Below, one piece after another: positions 49,205-58,801 of a stretch of DNA of 64,000 nt (position 1 is the first letter of the stretch; every line of letters starts with the position of its first letter). This DNA is from an uncultured Planctomycetota bacterium (lineage in GTDB: Bacteria > Planctomycetota > Planctomycetia > Pirellulales > Thermoguttaceae). Both the position numbers and the translations under genes were made by a program. Location of the stretch: positions 35,051-99,050 of the forward strand of contig ONJR01000162.1 of the NCBI GenBank assembly GCA_900318195.1, given 5' to 3'. The notes beneath the pieces are model-generated. The model did no database searches. It was given only the letters and a program-made list of their open reading frames with translations, and was not told the origin of the DNA.

Positions 49205-49238
49205 CAAACGAAAAGGCGCGCGTAACGTAACGCGCGCC
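49205..49238 (-). promoter_or_regulatory. Terminator/attenuator-like hairpin inside the greA leader
   Basis: On the minus strand the sequence reads GGCGCGCGT, loop, ACGCGCGCC (plus coordinates 49215-49238). TTTTCGTTT follows at 49205-49213. It lies between the predicted greA promoter and the ATG at 49176. Confidence 0.5.
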
Positions 49239-49282
49239 CCAGTCGGCCACGACGCCGTCCATGCGGCGCCACACTCGGGAGT

Positions 49283-49310
49283 ATTATAAACGTTTTTTAG
49301 TGTTTATCAA
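49283..49310 (-). promoter_or_regulatory. Sigma70-like promoter TTGATA-16-TATAAT for greA
   Basis: The minus strand reads TTGATAaacactaaaaaacgttTATAAT. It overlaps the stop codon of the upstream gene at 49297. Confidence 0.5.
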
Positions 49311-50223
49311 TAGTCAAATTGTTTTTCTGGAGAGCGATAACAGCCTCTTTCATTGGTTCGTCGTTTTCGTCTTGGATTTCTCGATTCAATGAGACAGCGA
49401 CGCGCGAAACGATTTCTCTCGGATAGTGTGCAACAACGTCGTACTTGACGGTTCCTTCCATTTTGACGAGCATTTGAGAAAGTTCGTCGACCTTTACGTC
49501 AAGTTCGCCTTTACCTTTCACAGTAGCGACCGTTCTAGAACCTAGTGTATCGACAGCAGTAAGGACGCAGTCCCATTTCAACGTCTCCTCCTTACCGGTC
49601 GGCAATGGCAACAAGGTCTCAGTAACCCACTTTTCGCCAACAGCAACCTCGCCGGGCGAATCAAGCTCAGAAAGCGTCTCGAAAACCTGAGACAAATTTG
49701 AATCAGAGAAGAGCTGGCGCAATTGACCGGTAAAGAATTTCTCTCGATCATCCTTTGGTTCGGGAATTTTCTTCCAGAACTCTTCAGAATACCCGGTAAT
49801 CCTGCTCGCTTTCCCGTCTAGCGCTTCGACGTCGAGTTCTGTCTGTCTTGCTTCGACCATAAAAGCGTTAAGAATCGCAAAATCCGGATTCTTATCATTC
49901 GAACTATCAAAAAAGAGCAACTCTGAATCATTATTAGAGAGCCGCATTACGAGACGCACAAGCGTCATTGTGAAATGTTGACAACCATCGGAATCCTTAG
50001 CAACGTCAACTTTCCATGTCAGAGTATTGCGATCCTGCTGTCTTTCAGCTACCTTGCCATTTCGTGTCGTCATAGCGGTGGAGAGGCAATCCAGACGCAA
50101 AGTATAGACGCCGTCGTCCCAATAATTGATAGCGGCATACTTTTGCTCATCGCCATAAGCTCTTCCAGCGCAGAGCGCGACTAGAGCGAGCAGAACCGCG
50201 TAGCGAATGATTCTCGTCGTCAT
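49297..50223 (-). CDS. Hypothetical secreted protein
   Basis: Signal peptide AVLLALVALCAGRAYG. No recognisable motif. Length is 308 aa. Confidence 0.55.
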   Translation of the reverse strand: MTTRIIRYAVLLALVALCAGRAYGDEQKYAAINYWDDGVYTLRLDCLSTAMTTRNGKVAERQQDRNTLTWKVDVAKDSDGCQHFTMTLVRLVMRLSNNDSELLFFDSSNDKNPDFAILNAFMVEARQTELDVEALDGKASRITGYSEEFWKKIPEPKDDREKFFTGQLRQLFSDSNLSQVFETLSELDSPGEVAVGEKWVTETLLPLPTGKEETLKWDCVLTAVDTLGSRTVATVKGKGELDVKVDELSQMLVKMEGTVKYDVVAHYPREIVSRVAVSLNREIQDENDEPMKEAVIALQKNNLTIDKH

Positions 50224-50410
50224 TAGCTTCCCTCACTTCTTGGATACGTCCATCATGAATCAACGCGCAAGACGGTTGGAAGATCACACTCTTCAAACAA
50301 TCCACGCGAACATACCTATTTTAACAAGAAAACTTGGTCGTAGCAAACGCAATTTACGTACTTTCGCCTTTTTTGATGAAGAAACTTTAGTTTGACGTCA
50401 GACGAAATGC

Positions 50411-52285
50411 CTATTCGAGCTCACGATACATGGGAAGGTAACGGTATGGAGTTTCAAGAATGAGTATCGCCAGCGACGTGTTAAGCAGTCGTCCTCCATC
50501 GTTCATATACTGATCATAAAAGAGCCAGCTACCAGATTCACAAGATTGCCCCAACGCTCCTCCTCGAGATTGTGTAGCGACAAGTAAATCGCGAACCTTT
50601 GGAAAACGCTCGGACCATAATTTACCACCGTAATGATGCAACGCCAAAGCTGCATAATAGGCAAAATACAAATTATAAATCATCCGGTCGTCTCGAAAAT
50701 ATCGTACGGAAAGATTATTCACTTTGCCGCTACGATCATCTTTCTTCACTTTTTGCCAAATCGCGTCAGACGCGTCTATCCACTCGGCAAGTTGCTTAAC
50801 GCCCAGGTCTAGCGAACGCTCGCCAGGAGCCCAGCCAAGATACTCGCGCGATAAGACGCTTGCCGCCGTCGTCCCCCAACGTTTCGCAACAGGCTCCTTC
50901 GTATTCGGTTGATAACGATACGTCCGACCGTCTCGATCCATAACAGAGTCAAGAAAATTTGACGCGCGGTAAGTAACCGACGCCGGGACGCCAAACCCAG
51001 CGGAAGCGCCAGACTTCAACGCCATGATTTGCCAACCGAGGACGGACGAATCGCCGGCAACCGTCGCATGAAAGTTAGGATCGCCGATCGAATTGTAACG
51101 CCAGCCGCCGTCGTTAAGCTGTGAATGAACTATGAAGTCGAGCCCGCCTTTAGCAAGTGGATGTAACTTGCGATCCTTCGTCATCTCATACGCTTCACAA
51201 TATACGAGAGTCGCAAGCGCTTGAATGTAAGAAGCGCCGTCGCCAACGTATCCTGCGCGAAAATCGACGCCGTCTGGTTTGGTTACCGCAGCGTACTCTA
51301 AAAAACGCAACCCTGCCGCAACAGTCTTCTGGTATGGATTCGCTTCAACGTGAGTATAACCGGCGCCGAGATAAGGAAGAAGAGCCAAAGCAGTCGCCGC
51401 CGTGCGATTGGGAAAAAGCGGCTGTCTATACGTTCCACCGCCTGACGTCCCCACACTATTAGAACATCCGCGGCACACGCTGGGACGTCCAGAAGCGTCG
51501 GAATCAGTAAGATCAAACGCCCAACCTCCGTCGGGTAACTGATGGCGTGCCAACCAGTCTAATCCCCTTTCAACAGCGTCTTCACTCGCCTTGGTTACGT
51601 CACCTTCGCGCCCCTGCATTCCACGCTTGCGCTCATTTCTACCCGATGCAGATCCGGCAATCCGACTCGTCTGAAGAAAGCCTCCCCACTGATCGTTTCC
51701 CTCAAGTCCAACAGACTCCGGTTGAACGGTCGCTTCGTTGCCGTCAATGCTCGTGAGCTCTTGAGTCAAAGAGCGGAGCGATTGTCCAACGAGTTGTTCT
51801 TCTAACGTCTGACTCGTTAGTTCGTAGAGATCCTCGGACTCAGCAATTTCAAAGGAGGATTCCGCAAGAGTCGAATCGCCGATCTCATCTACTGTATCGA
51901 GCTCGCCAAGATCAGGAACAAATCCGCCAGAGGCGTTAATTCCGAGCGTTCCTACACGACTAGTTAAAAAGATTGACGCGAGAATGAAAACAAGACACGC
52001 GTGCAGGAGCAAACTAAAAGCAAGCGCTTTGCTCCTACGCGCGGTTATAAAGCGTCTAATGCTAGTAAAAAGAGAGACGCTCGTTCGTTCGTCCTGGTTG
52101 AGCGTCTCGAGTTGGAACGATTCGGACTCAGAACTTAGCTGTGAAAAATCGACTGTCTCCGGCAAGGAAACGACTAATTCGTATGGCGCGCGACGCCGAC
52201 GGTCGTCGTTTCGCGCGTTATCCTCGCGCCCGTCGCCGTTCAGCGTTTCGTCGGCTTCATTAGCGCTCTGCGTCGACCGTTTCAT
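50411..52285 (-). CDS. Membrane-anchored prenyltransferase/squalene-oxidase-repeat protein
   Basis: Charged N-terminus, then TM segment ALAFSLLLHACLVFILASIFL. Repeated xDGGW motifs follow (LPDGGWAF, LNDGGWRY). Confidence 0.65.
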   Translation of the reverse strand: MKRSTQSANEADETLNGDGREDNARNDDRRRRAPYELVVSLPETVDFSQLSSESESFQLETLNQDERTSVSLFTSIRRFITARRSKALAFSLLLHACLVFILASIFLTSRVGTLGINASGGFVPDLGELDTVDEIGDSTLAESSFEIAESEDLYELTSQTLEEQLVGQSLRSLTQELTSIDGNEATVQPESVGLEGNDQWGGFLQTSRIAGSASGRNERKRGMQGREGDVTKASEDAVERGLDWLARHQLPDGGWAFDLTDSDASGRPSVCRGCSNSVGTSGGGTYRQPLFPNRTAATALALLPYLGAGYTHVEANPYQKTVAAGLRFLEYAAVTKPDGVDFRAGYVGDGASYIQALATLVYCEAYEMTKDRKLHPLAKGGLDFIVHSQLNDGGWRYNSIGDPNFHATVAGDSSVLGWQIMALKSGASAGFGVPASVTYRASNFLDSVMDRDGRTYRYQPNTKEPVAKRWGTTAASVLSREYLGWAPGERSLDLGVKQLAEWIDASDAIWQKVKKDDRSGKVNNLSVRYFRDDRMIYNLYFAYYAALALHHYGGKLWSERFPKVRDLLVATQSRGGALGQSCESGSWLFYDQYMNDGGRLLNTSLAILILETPYRYLPMYRELE

Positions 52286-52335
52286 CGCAATTCCTCAACC
52301 TCGATACGTTTTGCGACCATGCGCACGTTCGTCGC

Positions 52336-53634
52336 TTAACGCTTTTCCATTTCGATATAGTTCGACTTCGGATTGCCGACGTATAGCTGACGAGGTCGAA
52401 TAATCTTACCCCCGTCCGCAAAATGTTGTTCTTTCCACTGCGCAATCCATCCGGGCAATCGTCCCATCGCGAACATAACAGTAAACATATTTGTCGGAAT
52501 ACCCATAGCGCGTAGCAGTATGCCGCTGTAGAAGTCCACGTTTGGATATAGTTTCCGATCGACAAAATACGGATCGCGCAACGCGAGCTCTTCGAGCTTA
52601 CGCGCAACGTCGAGAAGAGGATCAACGTGTTTGATCTTCTTAAAAAGACGGTCGCACGCCGTTTTGAGGATCTTTGCGCGCGGATCGTAGTTACGATAGA
52701 CTCGATGTCCAAAGCCAAAAAGACGGAACGGATTGCTACGATCCTTCGCCGCCTTAATGCAATCCTCTGGGCGAAGACCGTCCTTATAGATGGCCTCCAG
52801 CATCTCCATGACTTTCACATTCGCGCCGCCGTGCAAGGGTCCCCACAACGCATTGACCCCCGCGCTACACGAGGCAAAAAGATTCGCCTGCGCAGAACAC
52901 ACGACGCGAACTGCGCTCGCGCTACAGTTCTGTTCGTGATCCGCATGCAAAATAAGGACAAGGTTCAACGCATCCTCCATCTCCTCGGAAACCTCAAACT
53001 GCTTATAAGGGAGCGAAAACATCATGTGAAGGAAATTCGCGCAATATCGCAGTCCCGGATGAGGATAGATGAAAGGTAAACCAGCCGCGCGACGATAGGT
53101 AAAGGCGGCAATCGTACGCACCTTACTAATCAGCCTCGCTGCTGCGCCCATCAAAATCTTCTCGTCCTCAAGCAGGAGAAATTCCTTATGATAACAAGCC
53201 ATCATACTGATCATTGCCGAGAGAATAGCCATAGGCGGCGCGTCGACTGGCAACGTCATAAACTGATTCTTGAGACCCTCGTGCAGGAGTTCGTTTTCCG
53301 TAAGAATGTCGCGGAACTCCTCAAGCTCTTCCTCGTCCGGCAAACGTCCAAAGATAAGCGTCCAAGCAACCTCAATAAAATTCGGGGTTGCGCGATCGAA
53401 TTGTTCGATCGGGACGCCGCGGTAACGTAGGATACCGCGTTCACCGTCGATGTACGTAATCGAACTACGACAAATAGCCGTATTCCCCAACGAAGGATCA
53501 TAGGTCGTCAGTTTATGATCCTTGTACAGAGACGTTATATCGATTGAACGCTCTCCTTCAACGCCGGTATAGACGTCAAGGTTGATCTCTTTGTCGTCAA
53601 TGAGCAGTTTAGCGGTATCTGACAAATCTGTCAT
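52336..53634 (-). CDS. gltA: Citrate synthase
   Basis: GVEGERSIDI, ILHADHEQNCS, GPLHGGAN, and FGHRVYRNYDPRA motifs. Length is 432 aa. Confidence 0.96.
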   Translation of the reverse strand: MTDLSDTAKLLIDDKEINLDVYTGVEGERSIDITSLYKDHKLTTYDPSLGNTAICRSSITYIDGERGILRYRGVPIEQFDRATPNFIEVAWTLIFGRLPDEEELEEFRDILTENELLHEGLKNQFMTLPVDAPPMAILSAMISMMACYHKEFLLLEDEKILMGAAARLISKVRTIAAFTYRRAAGLPFIYPHPGLRYCANFLHMMFSLPYKQFEVSEEMEDALNLVLILHADHEQNCSASAVRVVCSAQANLFASCSAGVNALWGPLHGGANVKVMEMLEAIYKDGLRPEDCIKAAKDRSNPFRLFGFGHRVYRNYDPRAKILKTACDRLFKKIKHVDPLLDVARKLEELALRDPYFVDRKLYPNVDFYSGILLRAMGIPTNMFTVMFAMGRLPGWIAQWKEQHFADGGKIIRPRQLYVGNPKSNYIEMEKR

Positions 53635-54214
53635 TGCTCGCTCCTCCTGTCGTAAATATCGCGATTCGCTTGCGGAAACTATATTCCAAGCGCGCGCTCA
53701 TGCGCGAACACAGTAGCCGTCCAAACCGACAATCCCGAGATCGTCGGTCGCAACGACCTATAAGTAAACGCAACCTTCGCGCTATCGACAACCGTCGCCG
53801 ACGCGCGAAATCGCTCTAATGATTCAATAGCGTCAAAAGCCAGCCGCTTATTACGGATCTATTATAAACGTTCAAACCGCTTTGAAAAGACCAAAAGGCT
53901 CCCTTTCGAAAAAAGCAGCTCTTGATACTCATTCGAAATTATGTCTAAAGCTCCCCTCCCCCCCAAATCACCCATTCTCCCCTTTTTTTTCTAATAATGA
54001 TCACACGTATTAACAGTCAAGAAGAGAGCTCTATACAAAGTAACGAGTTTTCCAAAATTCAATGTCGTCGGTTAATTGCGTGAAACGGTCAGATTCTTGA
54101 AAAGAGGTATAGACACGCACGAAAAAAAAGTCTATTATCGTCGCAGAATCGGCGAGTCGAGCGGGACGTCGCCCTTTTGTTCCATGTATCACCAATATTG
54201 AAGCGGCAGATCAA

Positions 54215-54862
54215 ATGAAACATTCCATCTTGTTCGGTATCGGCACGGTTTTGCTTTCCCTGGGCTTGGCGTTTGGGGGTTATATTGTAGGCGCGCGAAT
54301 TTTTGAGATGGACGCGAACAACGTTGAGACAGTCTCGCCAGTCTTGGCAACGTCGTCAAGTGAAGACAGCGGCGTCGTGATCGCTACCGGCTATTTCAAC
54401 TCAAATATTGAAGCGTTGTATTACCTCGATTCACAAAGCGGTCGACTTTCAGCCGCGCTTATTTCGCGATCTGAACCAGCGGTTCAAAAATCGTACGTTC
54501 GAAATATCAAGACGGATCTCGCAGAAGCCGCTCAGCAATTACAGGTTCCAGCGCCTACGTCGCCAAAGTTCATTATGACGACAGGCGACGTCGACGTTCG
54601 CAACGTCGGCTCGGTCGCGAATCTTTCCAAAGCGTTTCTGTACGTCGCTGAAATTAACAGTGGAATCGTTATCGTCTACGCGTTGCCCGGCGCCAACGAA
54701 CGCGACCTTCTCGTCACCAACGGCGAGATCGTACGCTGGACTTTTGCGCGTCTGAGCGACGGTCTGCAGGCGTCTCCTACAGCGCCCGTTCAGCCAGCGG
54801 CGGATCAGCAAGGCGCGCCACAACTGATCGACTCTGGATTCTACCGTACGCGCAATCGATAA
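54215..54862 (+). CDS. Hypothetical membrane-anchored protein
   Basis: N-terminal TM segment ILFGIGTVLLSLGLAFGGYIV. Length is 215 aa. No recognisable motif. Confidence 0.5.
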   Translation: MKHSILFGIGTVLLSLGLAFGGYIVGARIFEMDANNVETVSPVLATSSSEDSGVVIATGYFNSNIEALYYLDSQSGRLSAALISRSEPAVQKSYVRNIKTDLAEAAQQLQVPAPTSPKFIMTTGDVDVRNVGSVANLSKAFLYVAEINSGIVIVYALPGANERDLLVTNGEIVRWTFARLSDGLQASPTAPVQPAADQQGAPQLIDSGFYRTRNR

Positions 54863-54949
54863 TGCAGGTCGACGCCTACAGCATGATTATCGCGTTGCGT
54901 TTTCCGCAACTCATTTTGAATGGCAGGAAGCCTATAATTGAGGTCATGT

Positions 54950-56923
54950 ATGACGATTCAATCGAGACGGCAAGGACGCCGTCGCGTATTTTGGAGTTCT
55001 CTTTGTGTTGCGCTAATATCCTCGGGAGTCGTGGCGAACGCTTCAGCCCAAACGGTGAGTGTTGGACCTTATCAACCGAGCGAGCCGCCGCTCAACGCGT
55101 CTCAGGTTTCTTCAGATGAAAACCTTAGCGCCCCAAACGGACGTAGCTATGCAGATATGGCGTCGCCTACATACGGTATGGGTTACAATGAAACGCTACA
55201 ATATCCCGGCGCGTCTCCTGATTTCGGATTAGAGCAAGCAGGAATTCCAATAGGTAATATGGGGCAGTACTATGAACAAGCGCCAAACTCGGGCGACTTT
55301 TCGCAATATTACTACCCTGGCGGTACTCTCGCCGATGAGAATTACAGCGGAGAAGTCTACAGTAATTCAACTACTGTTCCCAGTCCTGGAAACCATGAAG
55401 AAAGCCGTCCGCGACGTGAACGAACGGCGCTCGAAATCTGGTCGACTCTACTTTTTGGTTCGCGCGGAAAAACGTCAAGTCGTGATGAGGGAGCCCAGGG
55501 ACGAGAAAGACAATCTCCTCTGGTCATGCATCACCAACACGGCAATGCAGACGAACTAGAGTTGAATCCCATCTTCCGCCTTTTCACCTTTGGTTGGTTC
55601 GGGCGTAGCGCGGCAGATAACGACGGAGTAGCTTCTGGACAAAACCATTACCTTGCGAATGCTCTCGACGCGGAATATTTAGACGAGGGCTCGCCGATGA
55701 TGGTCAACCAGTTCTATGACGGTAACTCAAATATCATTGACGGTAACTATTCAGCAAACGCGCCGAATTTCGACAGTCAGTTTTTTGAGTCGACGTCAGG
55801 ATTGGGCTCGCCCAATTTCGGAGGTATCCGACAACAATTTGACGTAATGGACGCCGATTTACATACGCTACGTCAAGACGTTTCTCGTAACGTCCGCGAC
55901 TATAGTAGCCGTCTTGCAGACAATATAGAAAGACAACGTCAACGCGCTACTCGAAGTGTCCGTACGGCACAACGAGACGTCGCCAAAAGTCTCAATGCGA
56001 CCCAACACACGGCTTCAAACGCGATTTATACTGCTCAAAGAGACGCAAAGCGCGCCGTGCGTCAGGGTAAACAGCAAATAGCGCTCGAAGTATCGCAGGT
56101 TAATCGTGCTACGCAGAATCTTAGGAGAAACATTGCCGACGTTAGCTCAAACGCTCTTCGTTACACGACGACTAGCAATTCTGCAACGCGCAACACGCCT
56201 CCACAACTGGAAATGAAAGTCGCAAACGCTCAACCTCAAGGCAAACGACAGAACGTCGCGCCTAACACGGCGCCGTCAAGCGACACAGAACAAATTATTG
56301 CAAACCGTCGCCGTCTAGAAGAACTCAATGTGCTACTCGCGGCGAAACGTCCGGAAGAATTCTCGCGACGTATTCGTCAAACGAACGCGTTGAGCGTCAA
56401 CCCAGAGGTTACGCCAAGGGAGTCCAACGACGCGGAATCGTTCGAATTCAACGCCGCGCGAGCCAATCGTTCTAAAATCCGCCAAGCAACATACCAGGAG
56501 GAACCTAGTATTGCGAGCGGCGCAACTTCGTCGTCTTCGCCTCGCGTCTTACCGACTCGACCACAAGCGATGAAAATTTCCGACAACGTATACCTCTCGT
56601 CTGACGTCGTCGAATTACCGCACGCAGGAGTGCAAGCGCGACCGCTTCGACAATTGGCGCAACGGAACGGCGCCGCTCAAGGAGTTAATAATAACGTTCA
56701 GCGAGTTCGAACGACACAGGAGAAATTGCCAAATTACAAATCGTCTTTCACAGAAGACGAGACGACGGAAACAAATGAAGCCGCTCCCAAACCATTGTCG
56801 CAAAGGTCGTCAAAATCAGGTTCAAAATCAAGTCCCATTCAAAATCTGCGAACACAACAAAATGATGTCGAGGAAAATGTGCTTCGATCGCCCGCTAAGT
56901 TTATCGACCCGCGAGATCTATAG
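54950..56923 (+). CDS. Hypothetical secreted protein, N/Q/R/S-rich with a helical-repeat core
   Basis: Signal peptide VFWSSLCVALISSGVVANASAQ. The central region has repeated RxAxRxV/TAQRDxK-type segments. I prefer ATG at 54950 over TTG at 54938. Confidence 0.55.
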   Translation: MTIQSRRQGRRRVFWSSLCVALISSGVVANASAQTVSVGPYQPSEPPLNASQVSSDENLSAPNGRSYADMASPTYGMGYNETLQYPGASPDFGLEQAGIPIGNMGQYYEQAPNSGDFSQYYYPGGTLADENYSGEVYSNSTTVPSPGNHEESRPRRERTALEIWSTLLFGSRGKTSSRDEGAQGRERQSPLVMHHQHGNADELELNPIFRLFTFGWFGRSAADNDGVASGQNHYLANALDAEYLDEGSPMMVNQFYDGNSNIIDGNYSANAPNFDSQFFESTSGLGSPNFGGIRQQFDVMDADLHTLRQDVSRNVRDYSSRLADNIERQRQRATRSVRTAQRDVAKSLNATQHTASNAIYTAQRDAKRAVRQGKQQIALEVSQVNRATQNLRRNIADVSSNALRYTTTSNSATRNTPPQLEMKVANAQPQGKRQNVAPNTAPSSDTEQIIANRRRLEELNVLLAAKRPEEFSRRIRQTNALSVNPEVTPRESNDAESFEFNAARANRSKIRQATYQEEPSIASGATSSSSPRVLPTRPQAMKISDNVYLSSDVVELPHAGVQARPLRQLAQRNGAAQGVNNNVQRVRTTQEKLPNYKSSFTEDETTETNEAAPKPLSQRSSKSGSKSSPIQNLRTQQNDVEENVLRSPAKFIDPRDL

Positions 56924-56957
56924 TCGGTGGAGCCAATAAATCGACCTTGACAGCTAA

Positions 56958-57009
56958 AAGCGCCTAAAGCGGAGCAAACGCTCTCGTCATTAGGCGCTTC
57001 TTTTTCTTT
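56958..57009 (+). terminator. Rho-independent terminator
   Basis: AAGCGCCTAA (56958-56967) pairs with TTAGGCGCTT (56990-56999), followed by CTTTTTCTTT. Confidence 0.65.
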
Positions 57010-57191
57010 ACAGCTTACGTTTCCATCTATTCACGAAGACGAAGTAATACCTACTCCTCGGCTAAGTGATAAAAATGGAACTAGAGTCATCCTTAAACTT
57101 ATCGCCGTACCACCAATAACGTTCGTCCTTTTACTTACCTGACACGCAGACATGAGTAGGAAAAATCTTTTCAGTCTTTACACATCTTGCT

Positions 57192-58745
57192 TTAATTTTC
57201 ATTCTGCTTCGCTCGCATTGCTTCCATACGAGCGCGACTCTGTTCTCTCATGATTTTATGTCTTTCTTCAGGAGTCAAATTGGGGTCTGCCTCTGGGTGC
57301 CGCTTGATAAACTCGGCTCGCTGACGCTCTTGCTCTTCTTGCCACTTTTGGCGCGATTCTTTGATTCTTTCCTCACGACGTTGCTGGTTCTCGTCGACAA
57401 CGCCTTGAGTCGGATTTTGGAACGCATCCTCATTCGAAAGAGCGCTATTTTGCCCTGCTGCGTTATTCCTCTTTTCTTCCCTTTGTCGACGTTTTTGCTC
57501 CATCCTATCGCGAAATTCCTGAGCTCGCCTTTCATTTTCGGCGCGAATAGCTTCAAATCTAGCTCGACTCTCTTCCCGAGCTTTTTGGAATTGATCATCG
57601 GAGTCTGTATTGAAACCTTTCTCTGGAGGCATACCCGGAACAACTGTCGGATGAGACGAAGAACTTTGCGACGATTTAGTCGCCTTAGCCGCCTTCGCAC
57701 TCTTAGCTTGCCACTCCGCCGCCTTCGCCGCCGCCTTGTCAACCTCCGTCTTTTGACGCATCATGACACGAAGCCCTACGTTGGAGTAACGCTCAGACTC
57801 ACTGAAGAACAGCAACGTTCTTGCAGCCGCTCGACACGAATCCGCCGAATCCTCAACACTGCCGCCTTTCATAAACGCCGGTGTTCCCGGATCGGGCGAA
57901 CTGGAAAGCGTCGCGCCCGTATAAAAATTACGGGACGACGCTGGCAAGGTTTCCGGATCGAGCCAAAACCCGCCAACCATTTCGCCCGAGGCTTTCATTT
58001 GCTCGTCATTTGGGACAAATTCAATACTGCGTGTCGCCTTCATTGCTTTCGTCACGGGAATGTACGAGTATTCCCATAGATTCCCATGCATATCGTAGAA
58101 TCCCCAAGCGTTCGGATTCTTTTGGGCAACGTCATGCACATGACCGTCGCTGTTGCCAGAATACCATGCCACCTCGTCGACAGAGCCGCCGCTATATGGT
58201 TCCTTGACGCCTGCACGACACGCATATTCCCACTGCGCTGCGTTTGGAACGTCGAAGATCCAACCGTCAGGCGCTAGCCCGGATTCATTCATCGCAACGA
58301 GGAACTCTTCAAGCTCAGTAGGACGGATATTCACTTGGGGAGTTGTTGGAGAACCGCCAATGTTCATGTCTTCGGGCAAGGAGAAAATCGACGTCCATTG
58401 TTGCTCTGTAAGCTCGGTTTCCATGAGCCAAAAACCTTTGGTAAAACGAATGGGAATTCGTTCTTCATATTCCTCGTGTCCGGGCTCGCTTGCAGGACTC
58501 CCCATTTCGAAAGAGCCGGGCGGACAATATCGAAATTTAAAGGTCGCATTTCCACGAGTCAGCACGAGCTGATCGCCGGCGACAAGCGTCGTGGTTGAAT
58601 CAGGCATAGCGGTAAAACTCTCGGGAGCGCGCGTCTTCGGCGCGCAACCTGTCGACAACGCGAAGATAGCGAAAACAGCCACACACAAGGTGAAAAAATC
58701 TTTTCGTATGATGCGTTCGTCCCCAAAGCTACCTAGAACCCCCAT
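57192..58745 (-). CDS. FGE/SUMF1-domain lipoprotein with a charged coiled C-terminal tail
   Basis: Lipobox LSTGCA. FGE-sulfatase-type motifs are present (FEMGSP, AWGFYDMHGNLWEY, RGGS-like). The C-terminal roughly 170 aa are K/E/R/Q/A-rich. Confidence 0.75.
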   Translation of the reverse strand: MGVLGSFGDERIIRKDFFTLCVAVFAIFALSTGCAPKTRAPESFTAMPDSTTTLVAGDQLVLTRGNATFKFRYCPPGSFEMGSPASEPGHEEYEERIPIRFTKGFWLMETELTEQQWTSIFSLPEDMNIGGSPTTPQVNIRPTELEEFLVAMNESGLAPDGWIFDVPNAAQWEYACRAGVKEPYSGGSVDEVAWYSGNSDGHVHDVAQKNPNAWGFYDMHGNLWEYSYIPVTKAMKATRSIEFVPNDEQMKASGEMVGGFWLDPETLPASSRNFYTGATLSSSPDPGTPAFMKGGSVEDSADSCRAAARTLLFFSESERYSNVGLRVMMRQKTEVDKAAAKAAEWQAKSAKAAKATKSSQSSSSHPTVVPGMPPEKGFNTDSDDQFQKAREESRARFEAIRAENERRAQEFRDRMEQKRRQREEKRNNAAGQNSALSNEDAFQNPTQGVVDENQQRREERIKESRQKWQEEQERQRAEFIKRHPEADPNLTPEERHKIMREQSRARMEAMRAKQNEN

Positions 58746-58801
58746 ACTCTATCCACTCCTCTTATATAATCCGGTTTTTTCATACTGTCAAACGAAAACG
58801 A

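Noticed and set aside
49282-49294. 13-mer TATTATAAACGTT shared with 53860..53872, upstream of greA and gltA
   Set aside because: Both copies supply a TATAAT box on the minus strand, which explains part of the identity. A shared 13-mer is within chance expectation for a 64-kb window. I do not treat it as a dedicated regulatory motif.
57258-58079. 273-aa plus-strand ORF antisense to the FGE-domain gene
   Set aside because: It lies opposite the K/E/R/Q/A-rich tail, whose codons rarely create antisense stops. The translation is low-complexity (L/F/S/R-rich). It has no RBS and no recognisable motif.
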